This document shows, piece by piece, positions 1-10,321 of a stretch of 64,000 bases of DNA. The translations under genes were made by a program, and so were the position numbers. The stretch is from Candidatus Nanopelagicales bacterium (lineage in GTDB: Bacteria; Actinomycetota; Actinomycetes; S36-B12). The notes under the pieces are model-generated. The model was given only the letters and a program-made list of their open reading frames with translations, was not told where the DNA came from and ran no database searches. Numbering within the stretch: position 1 is the stretch's first letter; every line of letters starts with the position of its first letter. Location of the stretch: assembly GCA_044374195.1 (NCBI GenBank), contig JBILOY010000005.1, positions 4,052 through 68,051 of the forward strand, written 5' to 3'.

Positions 1-1
1 A

Positions 2-1255
2 CTAGTTAGTGACGAGCACCGGGCCAGCAGTCTTGACACTCTTCGCACCGAGTGACTTGCAAGTACCGTCGAGACTGCACACCTGCGAGTACGAGGCGTT
101 GAGCTTGATGGGCTTCTTGGCGCCACTGTCGGTGTAGACCACCTGGAACTTCTTGCCACCCTTGGTGAAGTTGCAGGTGACATTGGTGCCCGTGGTGGGG
201 CAGCCGTTGAAGGTTGCGCCGACGATCCACTTCTGCAGGGTCTGGAAAGCGACTGCGCCCGTGGTGTTGTTGTACATCTGAATGCCCCAGAGATCGTTGT
301 AGGGCTCCCAGCGGTACCAGTACACGCGGCTGATGTTCAGTCGCAGGGCATCGAGGTACGTGCGTGCGACCCAGTCAGCGGCCTTCGTACCCTCGAGATC
401 GACATCGGGATTCTGCGGCCCCGGACCCTTGAGTCCGAAGTTGTTCTCGGTATCCCACAGCGGCTTCTTCGGCGCGCCCGCCGCGGTAAGTGCCTTCTGC
501 CACACCTTGGCGAGTGCTGTGCGATCAACGGGGGTGCCAAGACTGGCCGGGTAGGTGTGAGCTGCCCACACGTCGACGGGCCAGCCGTATGCCTTCAGCG
601 CGGCAAGGTACTTCGGATAGAAGGCCTTGAACGGACCGCCGAGACGAGTGCCGGTACTCGGTGCCACGACCGTGGCTGCCGGGTCAATGCGCTTGATGAT
701 GTCGTAGGCACGCTTGGTGAGATCGGCCATGTCCTGCGGGCTGCCGGTCGAGAAGGTGGCGAGGTTCGCCTCATTCCACGGCTGGTACGAGGTGATCTTG
801 CCCTTGTAGCGCGTGACGACCTGGGTGACCCAGTTATCCCACCAGGCGAGCTCTCGCGGCATGCCGGCAGCACCTGGCTGCGGCAGAGCTGTCGGCGACG
901 GATCGTCAGTGGCCCAGGCGGGGGTGCCGGCGAGCACCATCAAGATGTCGTTGACGCCCTTGGCCCGCGACGTGGCGACCGCGGTGTCGAGTGCAGTCCA
1001 GTCGAAGACTCCCTGGCTGCGCTCGATATTCGCCCACGAGGTGCGGTTATCCCACAGACGCAGTGAGCCGAAGCCGATGGTGGGCCACTCGCCGAACTCG
1101 GCGTTGTAGACATGCATGCCGAAGAGGGAGTCCTTGACGACTGTGCCCTTCGGAGTTTGCGCTGCCTGGGCAGGAGTGGCGATCGCGAGGCCGGTGAGCA
1201 AGGTAGCCGAGGCGGCGATCAGGGCAAGAACACGATGATGGGTGCGAAGTGACAT
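2..1255 (-). CDS. secreted glycoside hydrolase-like protein (clan GH-A TIM-barrel type)
   Basis: 417-aa ORF with stop TAG at 2-4. Signal peptide MSLRTHHRVLALIAASATLLTGLAIATPAQA. Acid/base-like YQPWNEANL and nucleophile-like LWDTENN contexts. Cys-containing C-terminal ~70-aa domain. Family assigned from motifs only. Confidence 0.6.
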   Translation of the reverse strand: MSLRTHHRVLALIAASATLLTGLAIATPAQAAQTPKGTVVKDSLFGMHVYNAEFGEWPTIGFGSLRLWDNRTSWANIERSQGVFDWTALDTAVATSRAKGVNDILMVLAGTPAWATDDPSPTALPQPGAAGMPRELAWWDNWVTQVVTRYKGKITSYQPWNEANLATFSTGSPQDMADLTKRAYDIIKRIDPAATVVAPSTGTRLGGPFKAFYPKYLAALKAYGWPVDVWAAHTYPASLGTPVDRTALAKVWQKALTAAGAPKKPLWDTENNFGLKGPGPQNPDVDLEGTKAADWVARTYLDALRLNISRVYWYRWEPYNDLWGIQMYNNTTGAVAFQTLQKWIVGATFNGCPTTGTNVTCNFTKGGKKFQVVYTDSGAKKPIKLNASYSQVCSLDGTCKSLGAKSVKTAGPVLVTN

Positions 1256-1270
1256 GTGCCCATCGTGCCA

Positions 1271-2827
1271 TTAATCGGTGAATGCAATTGCCACCAGGGT
1301 GACGTCGTCGCGTGTCCAATCCGTCACTCTCTCGCGCATCGACGCAAGAATTCGCTCGAGCGTCTCCTCCGGTTCACTACGAATCTCGGCGGGGATAGAC
1401 AGCAACTCGAGGAGGAGATCCTCGGCCGCTAAAGGCGCGCCCTCCAAAGTGGTTCCTTCGATCAGGCCATCGGTGAATCCGACCAGTGCGTCACCGGTGC
1501 GAGTTACCGTCTGCATGCTCGACCACTGGGCATCGAGTGTCGACAGCAATGGCCCCGTGGGCTCGAGTGCTGTGGTGATCCCATCGCTGTCGACGAGGAA
1601 AGCCGGGTGATGCCCGGCGTTGGCCCAGCGAATCTCGTGCACGGCGGTGTCGATCACCATGACAAGAGCCGTGGCGAAGGTGCGCGAGCCACGAAGTGCT
1701 TGATGTGCCAGTCGGAGAGCGCCATCGGGCTGAGCGCCTGAGGCCAGCGCTGAGCGCAGAAGCGTGCGCACTTGAAGTGCCATAACACCGGCCGGTGCAC
1801 CGTGTCCGGCGACATCCCCGATGACGACCGCCATGCGCCCCGCCGGACACGCGATGACATCCCACCAGTCTCCTGCGATGACGCCCTCGGCAGATGACAT
1901 ACGTCCGCTTACCTGGATGCCCGCGGGCAGCTCGAAGGTGGCGGGCAGCATCGCACTTCGCAGTGAATCAGCGACGGGTGCATCCTGCGCCAGTCCGGTG
2001 CGAGCTTCGCGCGCCTCGTCGATCTCATACACGAGCCTGCGTCGCAGTGCCTCGGCATCGAGTGCGACGGATTCGAGTTCTGGTGGGCCGGTGGCCTCGA
2101 TTGGATGCAGGTGACCGGGCTCGTCGGCAGCCTGTTGCATGTCAGAGCGAATGCGGGTCAGCGGATTAAGCACCCAGCGACGAAGACCCAGGTAGTAGGC
2201 GAGCAGCAGGGCGAGCACGAGTAGGCCGGAGAGAAGCAGCATCCCGCCGAGGACACGTAAGAAATCGACAAGAGTGTCACTTGCCCTGAGACGTCGATCA
2301 TCGACAGCCTCCTGCAGTTCCTGAGTTGCCTGGGTCATTGCCCCGTAGGTCGACCAGGCTGCTTTGGAGTCGGTGATCTCCCGAGCCTTCACCGAGTCAC
2401 CAGCTTCCATTGCCGTGAGCACAGGCGCACCATCAGCGGCCACCCAGGCATTCTGAGCGTCGAGAGAGAGCTCGGCCAGCGGACGAATCTCCGGCGCTGC
2501 ATCGAGTTTCTGGATGATCTGGTCAATGAGCACGTCGGCGCGCTCAATCTGGCGCACGTAGTCCCTGCGACTGGCATCACGATCAAGCAGGACGTAATCG
2601 GAGAGCGAAGCGGAGGCACTCACCTGCGCCAGCACGAGTGCCTCGACAGCGTCGGCGGCAGGCGTGATGCGCGCTCGAATTGCATTGCTCGTGGCGTAAG
2701 TAGCGGTGAACTGGATGAGTACGATCACCGTCGCGATCACTACGCCAATCGCTCCGAGAATGGCCGCGGTCAGGGCGCGTCTTCTCAGGCTCATGCTGAC
2801 ACCGTAGTACGCATCCAGTGGGGCCAC
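1271..2827 (-). CDS. membrane sensor PP2C/SpoIIE-family serine phosphatase with HAMP-like linker
   Basis: 518-aa ORF. Two TM segments flank a ~170-aa helical extracytoplasmic region. Linker RRWVLNPLTRIRSDMQQ. PP2C/SpoIIE motifs GDWWDV, GDVAGHGAPAG, TDGLIE, DDVTLVAI. Confidence 0.8.
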   Translation of the reverse strand: MAPLDAYYGVSMSLRRRALTAAILGAIGVVIATVIVLIQFTATYATSNAIRARITPAADAVEALVLAQVSASASLSDYVLLDRDASRRDYVRQIERADVLIDQIIQKLDAAPEIRPLAELSLDAQNAWVAADGAPVLTAMEAGDSVKAREITDSKAAWSTYGAMTQATQELQEAVDDRRLRASDTLVDFLRVLGGMLLLSGLLVLALLLAYYLGLRRWVLNPLTRIRSDMQQAADEPGHLHPIEATGPPELESVALDAEALRRRLVYEIDEAREARTGLAQDAPVADSLRSAMLPATFELPAGIQVSGRMSSAEGVIAGDWWDVIACPAGRMAVVIGDVAGHGAPAGVMALQVRTLLRSALASGAQPDGALRLAHQALRGSRTFATALVMVIDTAVHEIRWANAGHHPAFLVDSDGITTALEPTGPLLSTLDAQWSSMQTVTRTGDALVGFTDGLIEGTTLEGAPLAAEDLLLELLSIPAEIRSEPEETLERILASMRERVTDWTRDDVTLVAIAFTD

Positions 2828-2926
2828 GTCGGAGCTATTCGTCCACCTCGAACTCGAATCATTGTTCCGATGTCTTCGCGTGCGAGAGGTTCAAACATGC
2901 AGGATCGAATGCGGTGCTCTCAGTGC

Positions 2927-3472
2927 CTACTGATTGATCGGGTACATGCGCTGGGCGATCTTCACCAGCTCATTGCCGCCGATGGCACTGCCCCTCAGAG
3001 TCTCGATCCACACCTGGGTGTGACGCAGATAGGAGTTACCGGGAGGGAAGATCACCGCGAGGTGTCCTCCGTACCGGGCGACATCCTTGAGCGAACAACC
3101 CTTTCCGGGAGGTGGGCAGTAGGCCTGAACTGTGGCCTTCGCACCCTTGATCGTTGTCGTGTAAACGGTCGGACCCTGGCCGATGTCCTGGCAGATCGGA
3201 TTGCCCTCGGTGATGGAGAACTGACGGCCCTTGCTGGTGCCATAAACGGTGTCGAAGGTCGCCTCAGCGGAGCAGCCGGCGTCACCGGCATCGCCGTTGA
3301 ACCTGGTTTGCTTGAGTCCGTTCGTGTACGTCGGCTGGTAAACCGTGTACGACACACCCACTTGGAAGTCGGCGTAGTTGTTGCCGGAGCCCATCGCCTG
3401 CGCTGGGCCGGTTGCGAGCGCGGTAAGTGCGAATCCGGCCACTGCGGCAAGGGCGAGAACGTTCTTCTTCAT
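2927..3472 (-). CDS. secreted hypothetical protein (4 Cys)
   Basis: 181-aa ORF with signal peptide MKKNVLALAAVAGFALTALATGPAQA. Coding-like composition. No family recognised. Confidence 0.55.
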   Translation of the reverse strand: MKKNVLALAAVAGFALTALATGPAQAMGSGNNYADFQVGVSYTVYQPTYTNGLKQTRFNGDAGDAGCSAEATFDTVYGTSKGRQFSITEGNPICQDIGQGPTVYTTTIKGAKATVQAYCPPPGKGCSLKDVARYGGHLAVIFPPGNSYLRHTQVWIETLRGSAIGGNELVKIAQRMYPINQ

Positions 3473-3524
3473 GGTGCTCCTTAGTGTCGCTGCTCAGACT
3501 CGTCGGTCATGTAGTGATTGTGCC

Positions 3525-4304
3525 TCAGGGAGTCATGGCGACGGCGGACAGAAAGCGCGCGCCGAGGTCAAAGTCTCCGTTGATCTGCACTCGTGACTGC
3601 CAGTCTGGATCATCGGAGGCCACACGACCGCAGGTGCGAGCGAAGAAGTCGGGCCATGTCATCGAGATGGTTGTGATCTCGAGGGAGTCACCGAACGAAA
3701 TCGTCTCGCCGATGTCGGTGAGCACGATGCACACTGCATCGAGCGGCGCTTTGTCGAGAGCGCTCCACGCATGCTCGGCCCCGTCGATGATCTGACCGCG
3801 CACGACTCGGCCTGCGATGGACCCCCAGCCCTCATCAATTCCTAGGGCCACGCGCATGTCCTGCAGGTGTACCCATGAGTCGAAGATCCGACGACTCAGT
3901 TGACGTCCGATCGGGGTCTGCTTGCCGAAGAAGCCAGGTACAAGCGCATCGAGATCGTGCGGTCCGGCTTCGAGCTGCGCGATGCGGCGTTCCGTAGTGT
4001 CGCGAAGCTCGGTGATGACCTGCTCCTGAGTTAGCCCGCGGCGCGCATCCACTCCGATCTCGGTGAAGCGGCTGAGATCGCGATCGACCCAGGGCATCGA
4101 ATCCCAGTTCGGCTCGTGCTCCGGTCGGGGATCATCAAGGAGCACCTGTTCGATGTCGATGATGTGCGCGACCAAGTCGGCGACTGTCCAGCCGGTACAG
4201 GCAGACGGGGTCCGCCATTGCTCGGCGGTGAGTCTGGCACCGAGATTGGCAGCGTCATCGAGCACGCCGCAATCGATGGCCACCAATTCTTCAAAAGTCG
4301 TCAT
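3525..4304 (-). CDS. mycothiol-dependent maleylpyruvate isomerase-like (DinB-fold) protein
   Basis: 259-aa ORF. The N-terminus (CTGWTVADLVAHIIDIE, preceded by AEQWRTPSA) is typical of the actinobacterial MDMPI_N / TIGR03083 family. Confidence 0.7.
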   Translation of the reverse strand: MTTFEELVAIDCGVLDDAANLGARLTAEQWRTPSACTGWTVADLVAHIIDIEQVLLDDPRPEHEPNWDSMPWVDRDLSRFTEIGVDARRGLTQEQVITELRDTTERRIAQLEAGPHDLDALVPGFFGKQTPIGRQLSRRIFDSWVHLQDMRVALGIDEGWGSIAGRVVRGQIIDGAEHAWSALDKAPLDAVCIVLTDIGETISFGDSLEITTISMTWPDFFARTCGRVASDDPDWQSRVQINGDFDLGARFLSAVAMTP

Positions 4305-4338
4305 GGCCTCACAGTAGTTCGCGTCGTAGGCTCGCTAC

Positions 4339-5142
4339 ATGGCAACACGTGTGGCATTAATCCAGTTGCGCTGCGATTCGGCCGAACCGATGGCCGATCG
4401 AATCGATCGTGCTTTCGCGATGGTGCGCGAGGCAGCGCCGCGTGCTGATCTCGTCGTGCTGCCTGAGCTTTGGAGCACCTGTGCTTTCGACCTGCCTGCC
4501 ACTCGCGAGGGAGCTCAGCCGATCTCGGGCCCACTAGTAACCGGCCTGGCTGATCTTGCCCGTGAACTCGGCATCTGGATTCATGGTGGCTCACTGGCAG
4601 AGCTCACCGATGAATCTGTTCGTCACAACACCTGCGTGCTCTTCAATGCCCACGGTGATCTCGTCGCGACCTATCGCAAGATCCATCTCTTCGGCTTTGC
4701 CGATGGCGAGCGCACCGTGATGTCGGGTGGTGATGAGCTTGTGGTCATTGACAGTCCGCTGGGCACCACCGGTCTCGCCACCTGCTACGACCTTCGTTTC
4801 CCTGAGCTCTTCCGAGCGCTCACCGCTGCAGGTGCCACGGCTTTTCTGGTGTCATCCGGGTGGCCGTTGTCGCGCATCGAGCATTGGGACATCCTTGCGC
4901 GCGCGAGAGCAATCGAGGATCAGGCCTGGGTAATCGCGTGCAATGAAGTCGGTACACAGGGCGCTGACGGGGTCGTACTCGGAGGCCATTCCGTGGTGAT
5001 CGATCCACGCGGCACGGTAATTGCTCAGGCAGGGGAGACCGAGGAGATCCTCTACGCCGAGATCGATTCTGAAGCGCCAGGACGCTGGCGCGCCGCATTC
5101 CCGGCTCTCGACGATATTCGCATCGGTACCGAATCCGTCTAG
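4339..5142 (+). CDS. carbon-nitrogen hydrolase family protein (nitrilase/omega-amidase-like)
   Basis: 267-aa ORF. Glu-Lys-Cys triad contexts VVLPELW, YRKIHLF, LATCYDLRFPE. Confidence 0.8.
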   Translation: MATRVALIQLRCDSAEPMADRIDRAFAMVREAAPRADLVVLPELWSTCAFDLPATREGAQPISGPLVTGLADLARELGIWIHGGSLAELTDESVRHNTCVLFNAHGDLVATYRKIHLFGFADGERTVMSGGDELVVIDSPLGTTGLATCYDLRFPELFRALTAAGATAFLVSSGWPLSRIEHWDILARARAIEDQAWVIACNEVGTQGADGVVLGGHSVVIDPRGTVIAQAGETEEILYAEIDSEAPGRWRAAFPALDDIRIGTESV

Positions 5143-5885
5143 CTGAGGGCGAGTGCTTTCGCCTTGCCGATCACGATCACCGGATTGCGCTCGAGATCCA
5201 GCCAGTCCATCACTCGTCGCATCTCGCTCTTCTCGATTGAAATACACCCTGCCGTGGGCTCGCCCTTTGATACATGAAGAAAAATGCCACCGCCTGCTCG
5301 AGTATTCGCGGGTTCATCAGTGCGTCGGATTCCGCGCGCATCGGTCGTGATGGTGCCATCGGGAAGGTTGTAGTCCAGTACAGCTACGTAGTCGTATTGC
5401 CGGCCCATTTTCCACAGTCGTTCGACGTATCTGCCATATGACGCCCAGCTCACCGGCGCCGTCTGGAAGACGTTGTACGTGCCAGGCACCCTCGGGTTGT
5501 AGGTCCAGGCATCGTCTTGGTCGACCTTCACGTACGGCAGAGACGTACCGGGGTTTGACTTGCGACCGAAACCTGAAGTGATCGCATAGGTGCCTGCGGG
5601 AGTCGTATTCGTGCCCTGCCTTCGACTCGCACCCGGGACTATTCCGCGAGCACCCACGTATGCGGGTACATCAGTCACCACGGCGACCCAGCGACCATCA
5701 GGCTCCTTCTCGTACGCGCTGAGCAGCGCGCGAGTGGAACGGTAATCGGTGCTCGTGACGATGATGACTTGTTCTGCATCAGTTGCACCGGGAAGGTCAC
5801 CAGGGGTAATGGCCGACGCGGTGGGAGAGAGTGCGACTGCAGCTGCAAGAACGATGAGTGCAGTGACTCCTCTAGCGATTGTCAC
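5139..5885 (-). CDS. L,D-transpeptidase family protein
   Basis: 248-aa ORF with signal peptide. YkuD-type catalytic context GGGIFLHVSKGEPTAGCISI. Its 3' end overlaps the convergent nitrilase gene by 4 nt. Its 5' end overlaps the copD/ctaG stop by 14 nt. Confidence 0.75.
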   Translation of the reverse strand: MTIARGVTALIVLAAAVALSPTASAITPGDLPGATDAEQVIIVTSTDYRSTRALLSAYEKEPDGRWVAVVTDVPAYVGARGIVPGASRRQGTNTTPAGTYAITSGFGRKSNPGTSLPYVKVDQDDAWTYNPRVPGTYNVFQTAPVSWASYGRYVERLWKMGRQYDYVAVLDYNLPDGTITTDARGIRRTDEPANTRAGGGIFLHVSKGEPTAGCISIEKSEMRRVMDWLDLERNPVIVIGKAKALALS

Positions 5886-7851
5886 GCTCGGCCAGACGCG
5901 CCAGTTGATCGTTGTATGCGTTCAGTTCGGCATCTCCGTCACGATCAGCCTGGCGATCCTTGCGCTTGGCCTCGCGGTCATCGCTGCGCGACCACTGGAA
6001 GGCGATCGCGAGCAGCACCATGACACTGGGAATCTCCGCGATACCCCAGGCCACCTGGCCACCATTCAGTGAATCTGCCAAGGGATCAGTGATCCAGTCC
6101 GGTCGCACGATCCCGTACCACTCGGCCGCGATCGGGGTCGTGCCCATCATCAAGATCACTGCGAAGAAGGCGTGAACTGACATCGACAGCAGGAGCAGGA
6201 GCAGCCTGCCCCAGTACGGCAGCGGTTTCGGCCTGGGATCGATGCCGATAAGGACCCAGTAGAAGAGGTAGCCGGAGAACAAGAAGTGCAGCTGCATCAC
6301 GATGTGCCCGACGTGACTGCCCATCAGCCAGCCAAACGCTGGTGTCAGGTAAAGCCCGTACAGGCCAAGTACGTAGACGATGAACACATAGAACGGGTTC
6401 GTGAGAATTCTGGTAACCCAGCTATGCAGGAACCACATGAGCCATTCGCGCGGCCCTCGCTCGGGGCCGGTCGAGGGCTTGAGCGCACGCAGCGCCAAAG
6501 TGGCCGGGGCACCCATCACGAGCAGGATCGGCGCGAGCATGGTCAAGGTCATGTGCTGCAGCATGTGCATGCCCACACTGACGTTCGAGTAGATCGAGAT
6601 TCCGCCATTGGTGCACCACAGCACGACGATCAAGCCGAGGAACCAGCTAATCGAACGCCCGATGGGCCATGCATCACCACGCTTGTGCAGGCGCAGTGCG
6701 CCACCCAGGTAGAGCGCACCCGCGATGAGGACCATGGTGAAGAAGAAGGGCTCAAGGCGGAAGCCGCCGAGCACTGACGAGACGGTGGGCGCTTCGGGAT
6801 ACCGGTATCCGAGTAGTGACTCGCCGTAACTGGGCAGCTCGACGTTCAGGCGTGGCGGTGCGGTCTGCGACAGGGCAACACCAAGACCGAGCGCGATAGC
6901 CATCACAGTGAGCTCGAGCCCGGCGATGCGCGCGAAGATCGATCTCCCTGATTTCGTGCCAGTGGTGGAGGTGATACGTCGACGGATCAGCAACGCGATC
7001 ACGCCGAGTGCCACGATCAGTGAGGTCTTGATCAGCACTAACTGGCCGTAGCCGCTGCTGAGGATCTGGTCGAGAGTCTCGAGCCGCGTGTAAGCATTAG
7101 CGACTCCACTGACCGCGAGTAGTACCAAGCTGCTGCCAGCGATGATTCCGAAGCGTTGGATGGAACGGGTCAGTGGAATATCCCCGCGTACGGCATGCAG
7201 GGCAAGTGCGAGAAGCCCGCCGATCCACAAGGTTGCGGCAGCGATGTGAGCAGCGCCAGCGGTCATGGCAAGTGCGTGATCGCCGAGCCCCGCTGCATGC
7301 CCGCCGAGCGCCGGCAGTATCGCGGCGAGCAACGCCAGGATCAACCACGCAGCGCCTGAACCGACCGTGTACGTCGCTGCGCAGGCAGCCGAGACAACAA
7401 GAGCCAAGATCGCCATGCCGAACAGCGCGCGGGTGGTCGGAAGTTCTAAGCCGAAGGTCGTCAGTACCTCGGGGCTGATTGCTTCGGAGAGCTGAAGCCC
7501 GAGGACGTTGCCTACAACGAACACGCTCTGCGCGAGAGCGAGCAGCGCCCACACCAGGGCGGCAACCGCCGCTCGCATGAGATCACTGCGGCCTGCGCGC
7601 GAGACGGTGCCGTCCTTGCCGGAAGGATCGAGAACGACGGCGGCGAGCAGGAAGCCGATGGTGACGACAGCGGCGATATCGGTGAGGGTACGCAGTACGG
7701 GAGCACCCCAGCCGATCAGGCCACCGACGTCTGGGATACCTACCGGTGGTGCTTCATAGGCGCTGCCACCGATCACGAGACCAACAGCCATAGCCGCTAC
7801 CGCCAGCACGATTAGTGCGGGGGCGAGCAGGCCGATCGGAGAGCGCTTCAT
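5872..7851 (-). CDS. fused CopD-like copper resistance / CtaG-like cytochrome c oxidase assembly membrane protein
   Basis: 659-aa polytopic membrane ORF. The N-terminal half looks CopD-like and the C-terminal half CtaG/caa3-assembly-like (HMLQHMTLTML, HFLFSGYLFYW), with a charged C-terminal tail. Confidence 0.7.
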   Translation of the reverse strand: MKRSPIGLLAPALIVLAVAAMAVGLVIGGSAYEAPPVGIPDVGGLIGWGAPVLRTLTDIAAVVTIGFLLAAVVLDPSGKDGTVSRAGRSDLMRAAVAALVWALLALAQSVFVVGNVLGLQLSEAISPEVLTTFGLELPTTRALFGMAILALVVSAACAATYTVGSGAAWLILALLAAILPALGGHAAGLGDHALAMTAGAAHIAAATLWIGGLLALALHAVRGDIPLTRSIQRFGIIAGSSLVLLAVSGVANAYTRLETLDQILSSGYGQLVLIKTSLIVALGVIALLIRRRITSTTGTKSGRSIFARIAGLELTVMAIALGLGVALSQTAPPRLNVELPSYGESLLGYRYPEAPTVSSVLGGFRLEPFFFTMVLIAGALYLGGALRLHKRGDAWPIGRSISWFLGLIVVLWCTNGGISIYSNVSVGMHMLQHMTLTMLAPILLVMGAPATLALRALKPSTGPERGPREWLMWFLHSWVTRILTNPFYVFIVYVLGLYGLYLTPAFGWLMGSHVGHIVMQLHFLFSGYLFYWVLIGIDPRPKPLPYWGRLLLLLLSMSVHAFFAVILMMGTTPIAAEWYGIVRPDWITDPLADSLNGGQVAWGIAEIPSVMVLLAIAFQWSRSDDREAKRKDRQADRDGDAELNAYNDQLARLAERDNR

Positions 7852-7883
7852 CGCTTCCGATCATAGATCTCGCAATGAAACTG

Positions 7884-9725
7884 TCAGAAGGAGTCTTCGG
7901 CCAGTTCCATCACGTCGAGAGTCGTCGCCTCAGCCACTGAACGCTCACCTGCGATGAGGGGCAGGCGATTGCGTGCGAACCAACGCGCGGTCTCGATCTT
8001 GCCCTCGTAGAACAGGCGGTCACGCTCGGAGACCTCGCCCTTCAGCGCCGCGCTGGCAACCTCGGCCTGGCGCATCAGCAGCCAGCCGATCATGAGATCG
8101 CCGGAGCACATCAGTAGGCGTGTGGTGTTCAGGCCCACGCGATAGATCTCCTGCGGGCTGGCCTGCGCGGCCATGGCCCACTGACCCATGACGCCGACGA
8201 TCGCCTGGACGTCTTCCAGCGCCTTGCCGAGTAGCTCGCGCTCGACGGCAAAGGCGCCGGAGCCGTCATCGCCCTTGACTGTCTCGGTGATCTGCGTGGC
8301 GATGTAGAACAACGCCTTGAACTGATCCTTGACCATCTTGCGGAAGAAGAAATCCAGACCCTGGATCGCCGTGGTGCCCTCGTAGAGGGTGTCGATCTTG
8401 GCATCGCGGATGTACTGCTCCGCCGGGTAATCCTGCAGGAACCCGCTTCCGCCGTATGTCTGTAGTGCGACCGCGAGCATCTCGTACGAGCGCTCAGAGC
8501 CCACACCCTTGACGATCGGCAGCATGAGGTCGTTGATGCGAACGGCCATGTCGAGATCGACGTCGGCATCGCCGGCTTCGGCCATCTCGACCATGTCCTG
8601 CCAGTAGGCGGTGTACGCAATGAGTGCGCGCATGCCCTCGGCGTACGACTTCTGCAGCATGAGGCTGCGGCGCACGTCGGGATGATGCGTGATGGTGACG
8701 CGCGGTGCGGTCTTGTCCATCTGCATGGTGAGATCGGCACCCTGCACGCGCGTCTTGGCGTAGTCGAGTGCGTTCAGGTAGCCAGTGGAGAGCGTGGCAA
8801 TTGCTTTGGTACCGACCATCATTCGCGCGTACTCGATGACCTTGAACATCTGCGCAATGCCATCGTGCACATCACCGATGAGCCAGCCGATTGCCGGCTC
8901 CTTCTCACCGAAGGTCATCTCGCAGGTTGTTGAGACCTTGAGACCCATCTTCTTCTCGACGTTGGTGGCATAGACACCGTTGCGTCCGAGAATTTCGCCG
9001 GTCTCGAGATCAACGAAGTACTTCGGAACGAGGAAGAGCGAGAGTCCCTTCGTACCCGGGCCCGCGCCTTCCGGGCGTGCGAGAACGAGATGCACGATGT
9101 TGTCGGTCATGTCGTGCTCGCCTGAGGTGATGAAGCGCTTGACACCCTGAATGCTCCACGTGCCGTCGCCGTTGTCGATTGCCTTCGTGCGACCAACGCC
9201 GACATCGGAACCTGCGTCAGGCTCGGTGAGCACCATGGTGGCGCCCCAACCGTTGTCGATCATCAATTGCGCCCAGCGCTTCTGGTCGGCATTGCCGAGA
9301 CTGTCGACGATGCTGGCGAAGCCAGGGCCCGACATGAACATGAATGCGGCGGGGTTGGCGCCGAGCAGGAGCTCACTTGCTGCCCAGCGCAGTGACGGCG
9401 GTGCGCCGGAGCCGCCGAGGTGCTCGGGGAGATCCAGTCGCCACCACTCGGAGTCCATCAATGCCTTGAAGCTCTTCTTGAAGCCCTCGGGCATGGTGAC
9501 GGTTTTCGTGGCGGGGTCGTACACGGGAGGGGTGCGATCAGCCTCGGCGAAGGACTCAGCCAGGGGGCCGGTCGCCAAGCGGTCGACCTCATGGAGGATC
9601 TCGCGGGCGGTGTCGACATCCATCTCGGCATAGGGGCCGGAGCCCATGCGCTCACCGGCGCCGAACACCTCAAAGAGGTTGAACTCGAGATCGCGGACAT
9701 TGCTCTTGTAGTGGGACATGGTCAT
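7884..9725 (-). CDS. large acyl-CoA dehydrogenase (FadE-type)
   Basis: 613-aa ORF. N-terminus [22 protein letters not shown] middle and C-terminal domains ([16 protein letters not shown]). Confidence 0.85.
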   Translation of the reverse strand: MTMSHYKSNVRDLEFNLFEVFGAGERMGSGPYAEMDVDTAREILHEVDRLATGPLAESFAEADRTPPVYDPATKTVTMPEGFKKSFKALMDSEWWRLDLPEHLGGSGAPPSLRWAASELLLGANPAAFMFMSGPGFASIVDSLGNADQKRWAQLMIDNGWGATMVLTEPDAGSDVGVGRTKAIDNGDGTWSIQGVKRFITSGEHDMTDNIVHLVLARPEGAGPGTKGLSLFLVPKYFVDLETGEILGRNGVYATNVEKKMGLKVSTTCEMTFGEKEPAIGWLIGDVHDGIAQMFKVIEYARMMVGTKAIATLSTGYLNALDYAKTRVQGADLTMQMDKTAPRVTITHHPDVRRSLMLQKSYAEGMRALIAYTAYWQDMVEMAEAGDADVDLDMAVRINDLMLPIVKGVGSERSYEMLAVALQTYGGSGFLQDYPAEQYIRDAKIDTLYEGTTAIQGLDFFFRKMVKDQFKALFYIATQITETVKGDDGSGAFAVERELLGKALEDVQAIVGVMGQWAMAAQASPQEIYRVGLNTTRLLMCSGDLMIGWLLMRQAEVASAALKGEVSERDRLFYEGKIETARWFARNRLPLIAGERSVAEATTLDVMELAEDSF

Positions 9726-9737
9726 TCCTCATTCGGG

Positions 9738-9753
9738 GTTACTCGCCAGTAAC
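9738..9753. promoter_or_regulatory. candidate operator palindrome GTTACTcgccAGTAAC upstream of the acyl-CoA dehydrogenase
   Basis: Perfect 6-bp arms with a 4-bp spacer, 13 nt upstream of the ATG at 9725, in the divergent intergenic region. Confidence 0.3.
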
Positions 9754-9841
9754 AACATGATGCCCCCCTTTGGTTGCCTTTGCAAGCACTATGGGGAAGG
9801 AGGGAACTGGCTTTGCCCCATGACTTCGGAACAATGTCCCC

Positions 9842-10321
9842 ATGACCGCGTCGTGGAGCACCTCGGTGACCCCGGTGGCGCCGCCGCGCGCCGCGAACCC
9901 CCGGCTCCGCTTCCTTGTCTACGCAGCCACGGTGACCGGCATCTGGTCAGGCCTGCTCTGCCTGCTGGTTTTCGGAATCGGCCACCTGGCCAATGTGAGC
10001 TTTGTTGTCGAGCAGCCCGATGGCTCCATGGCCCCGATTCAGTGGTTTGCCGTGCTGCTCATGCCGCTGGTCATCGCACTCGTCGCCGCGCTGCTTGCCT
10101 CACTCATGCGCGGTCGGGCGCATGCCGGGCGCATCGTGTTCTGGCTGGGCACGGTGATCGCGATCGCAAGTGCCTACGGCCCGCTCGCGCAGCCGATCGG
10201 CTGGTCGTCACGCATCCTCCTTCTCCTCATGCACGCGATCACTTGGGCACTTGTCGTCCCGCAGCTCGCGCGCATCGTCGGGGATTCCGAACCGGGGGCC
10301 TCCGTTGACCGCAGTGAGTGA
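9842..10321 (+). CDS. small 4-TM membrane protein, first gene of the DPA-type operon
   Basis: 159-aa ORF with four hydrophobic helices. Its stop overlaps the GTG start of the next gene by 8 nt (10314-10321). Confidence 0.55.
   Translation: MTASWSTSVTPVAPPRAANPRLRFLVYAATVTGIWSGLLCLLVFGIGHLANVSFVVEQPDGSMAPIQWFAVLLMPLVIALVAALLASLMRGRAHAGRIVFWLGTVIAIASAYGPLAQPIGWSSRILLLLMHAITWALVVPQLARIVGDSEPGASVDRSE

Noticed and set aside
9718-10308. 196-aa ORF in an alternative frame overlapping the 159-aa membrane protein gene.
   Set aside because: It has a Pro/Arg/His-rich non-protein-like composition. The 9842-10321 frame encodes four clean TM helices and is stop/start-coupled to the next gene.
10170-10313. 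N-terminal extensions of track ORFs: 10170-10313 (ubiA-like), 11110-11217 (dprE1), 13807-13968 (LEH), 15060-15296 (P450), 19887-20075 (sulfatase), 28903-28953 (mftC), 29171-29461 (mftB), 46204-46575 (cytochrome b), 47838-47936 (DedA) and 50780-50833 (membrane protein).
   Set aside because: The extensions are Arg/Pro/Ser-rich and overlap upstream genes or divergent promoters. They also precede internal starts that have better RBS context and match family N-termini. Starts were trimmed accordingly.
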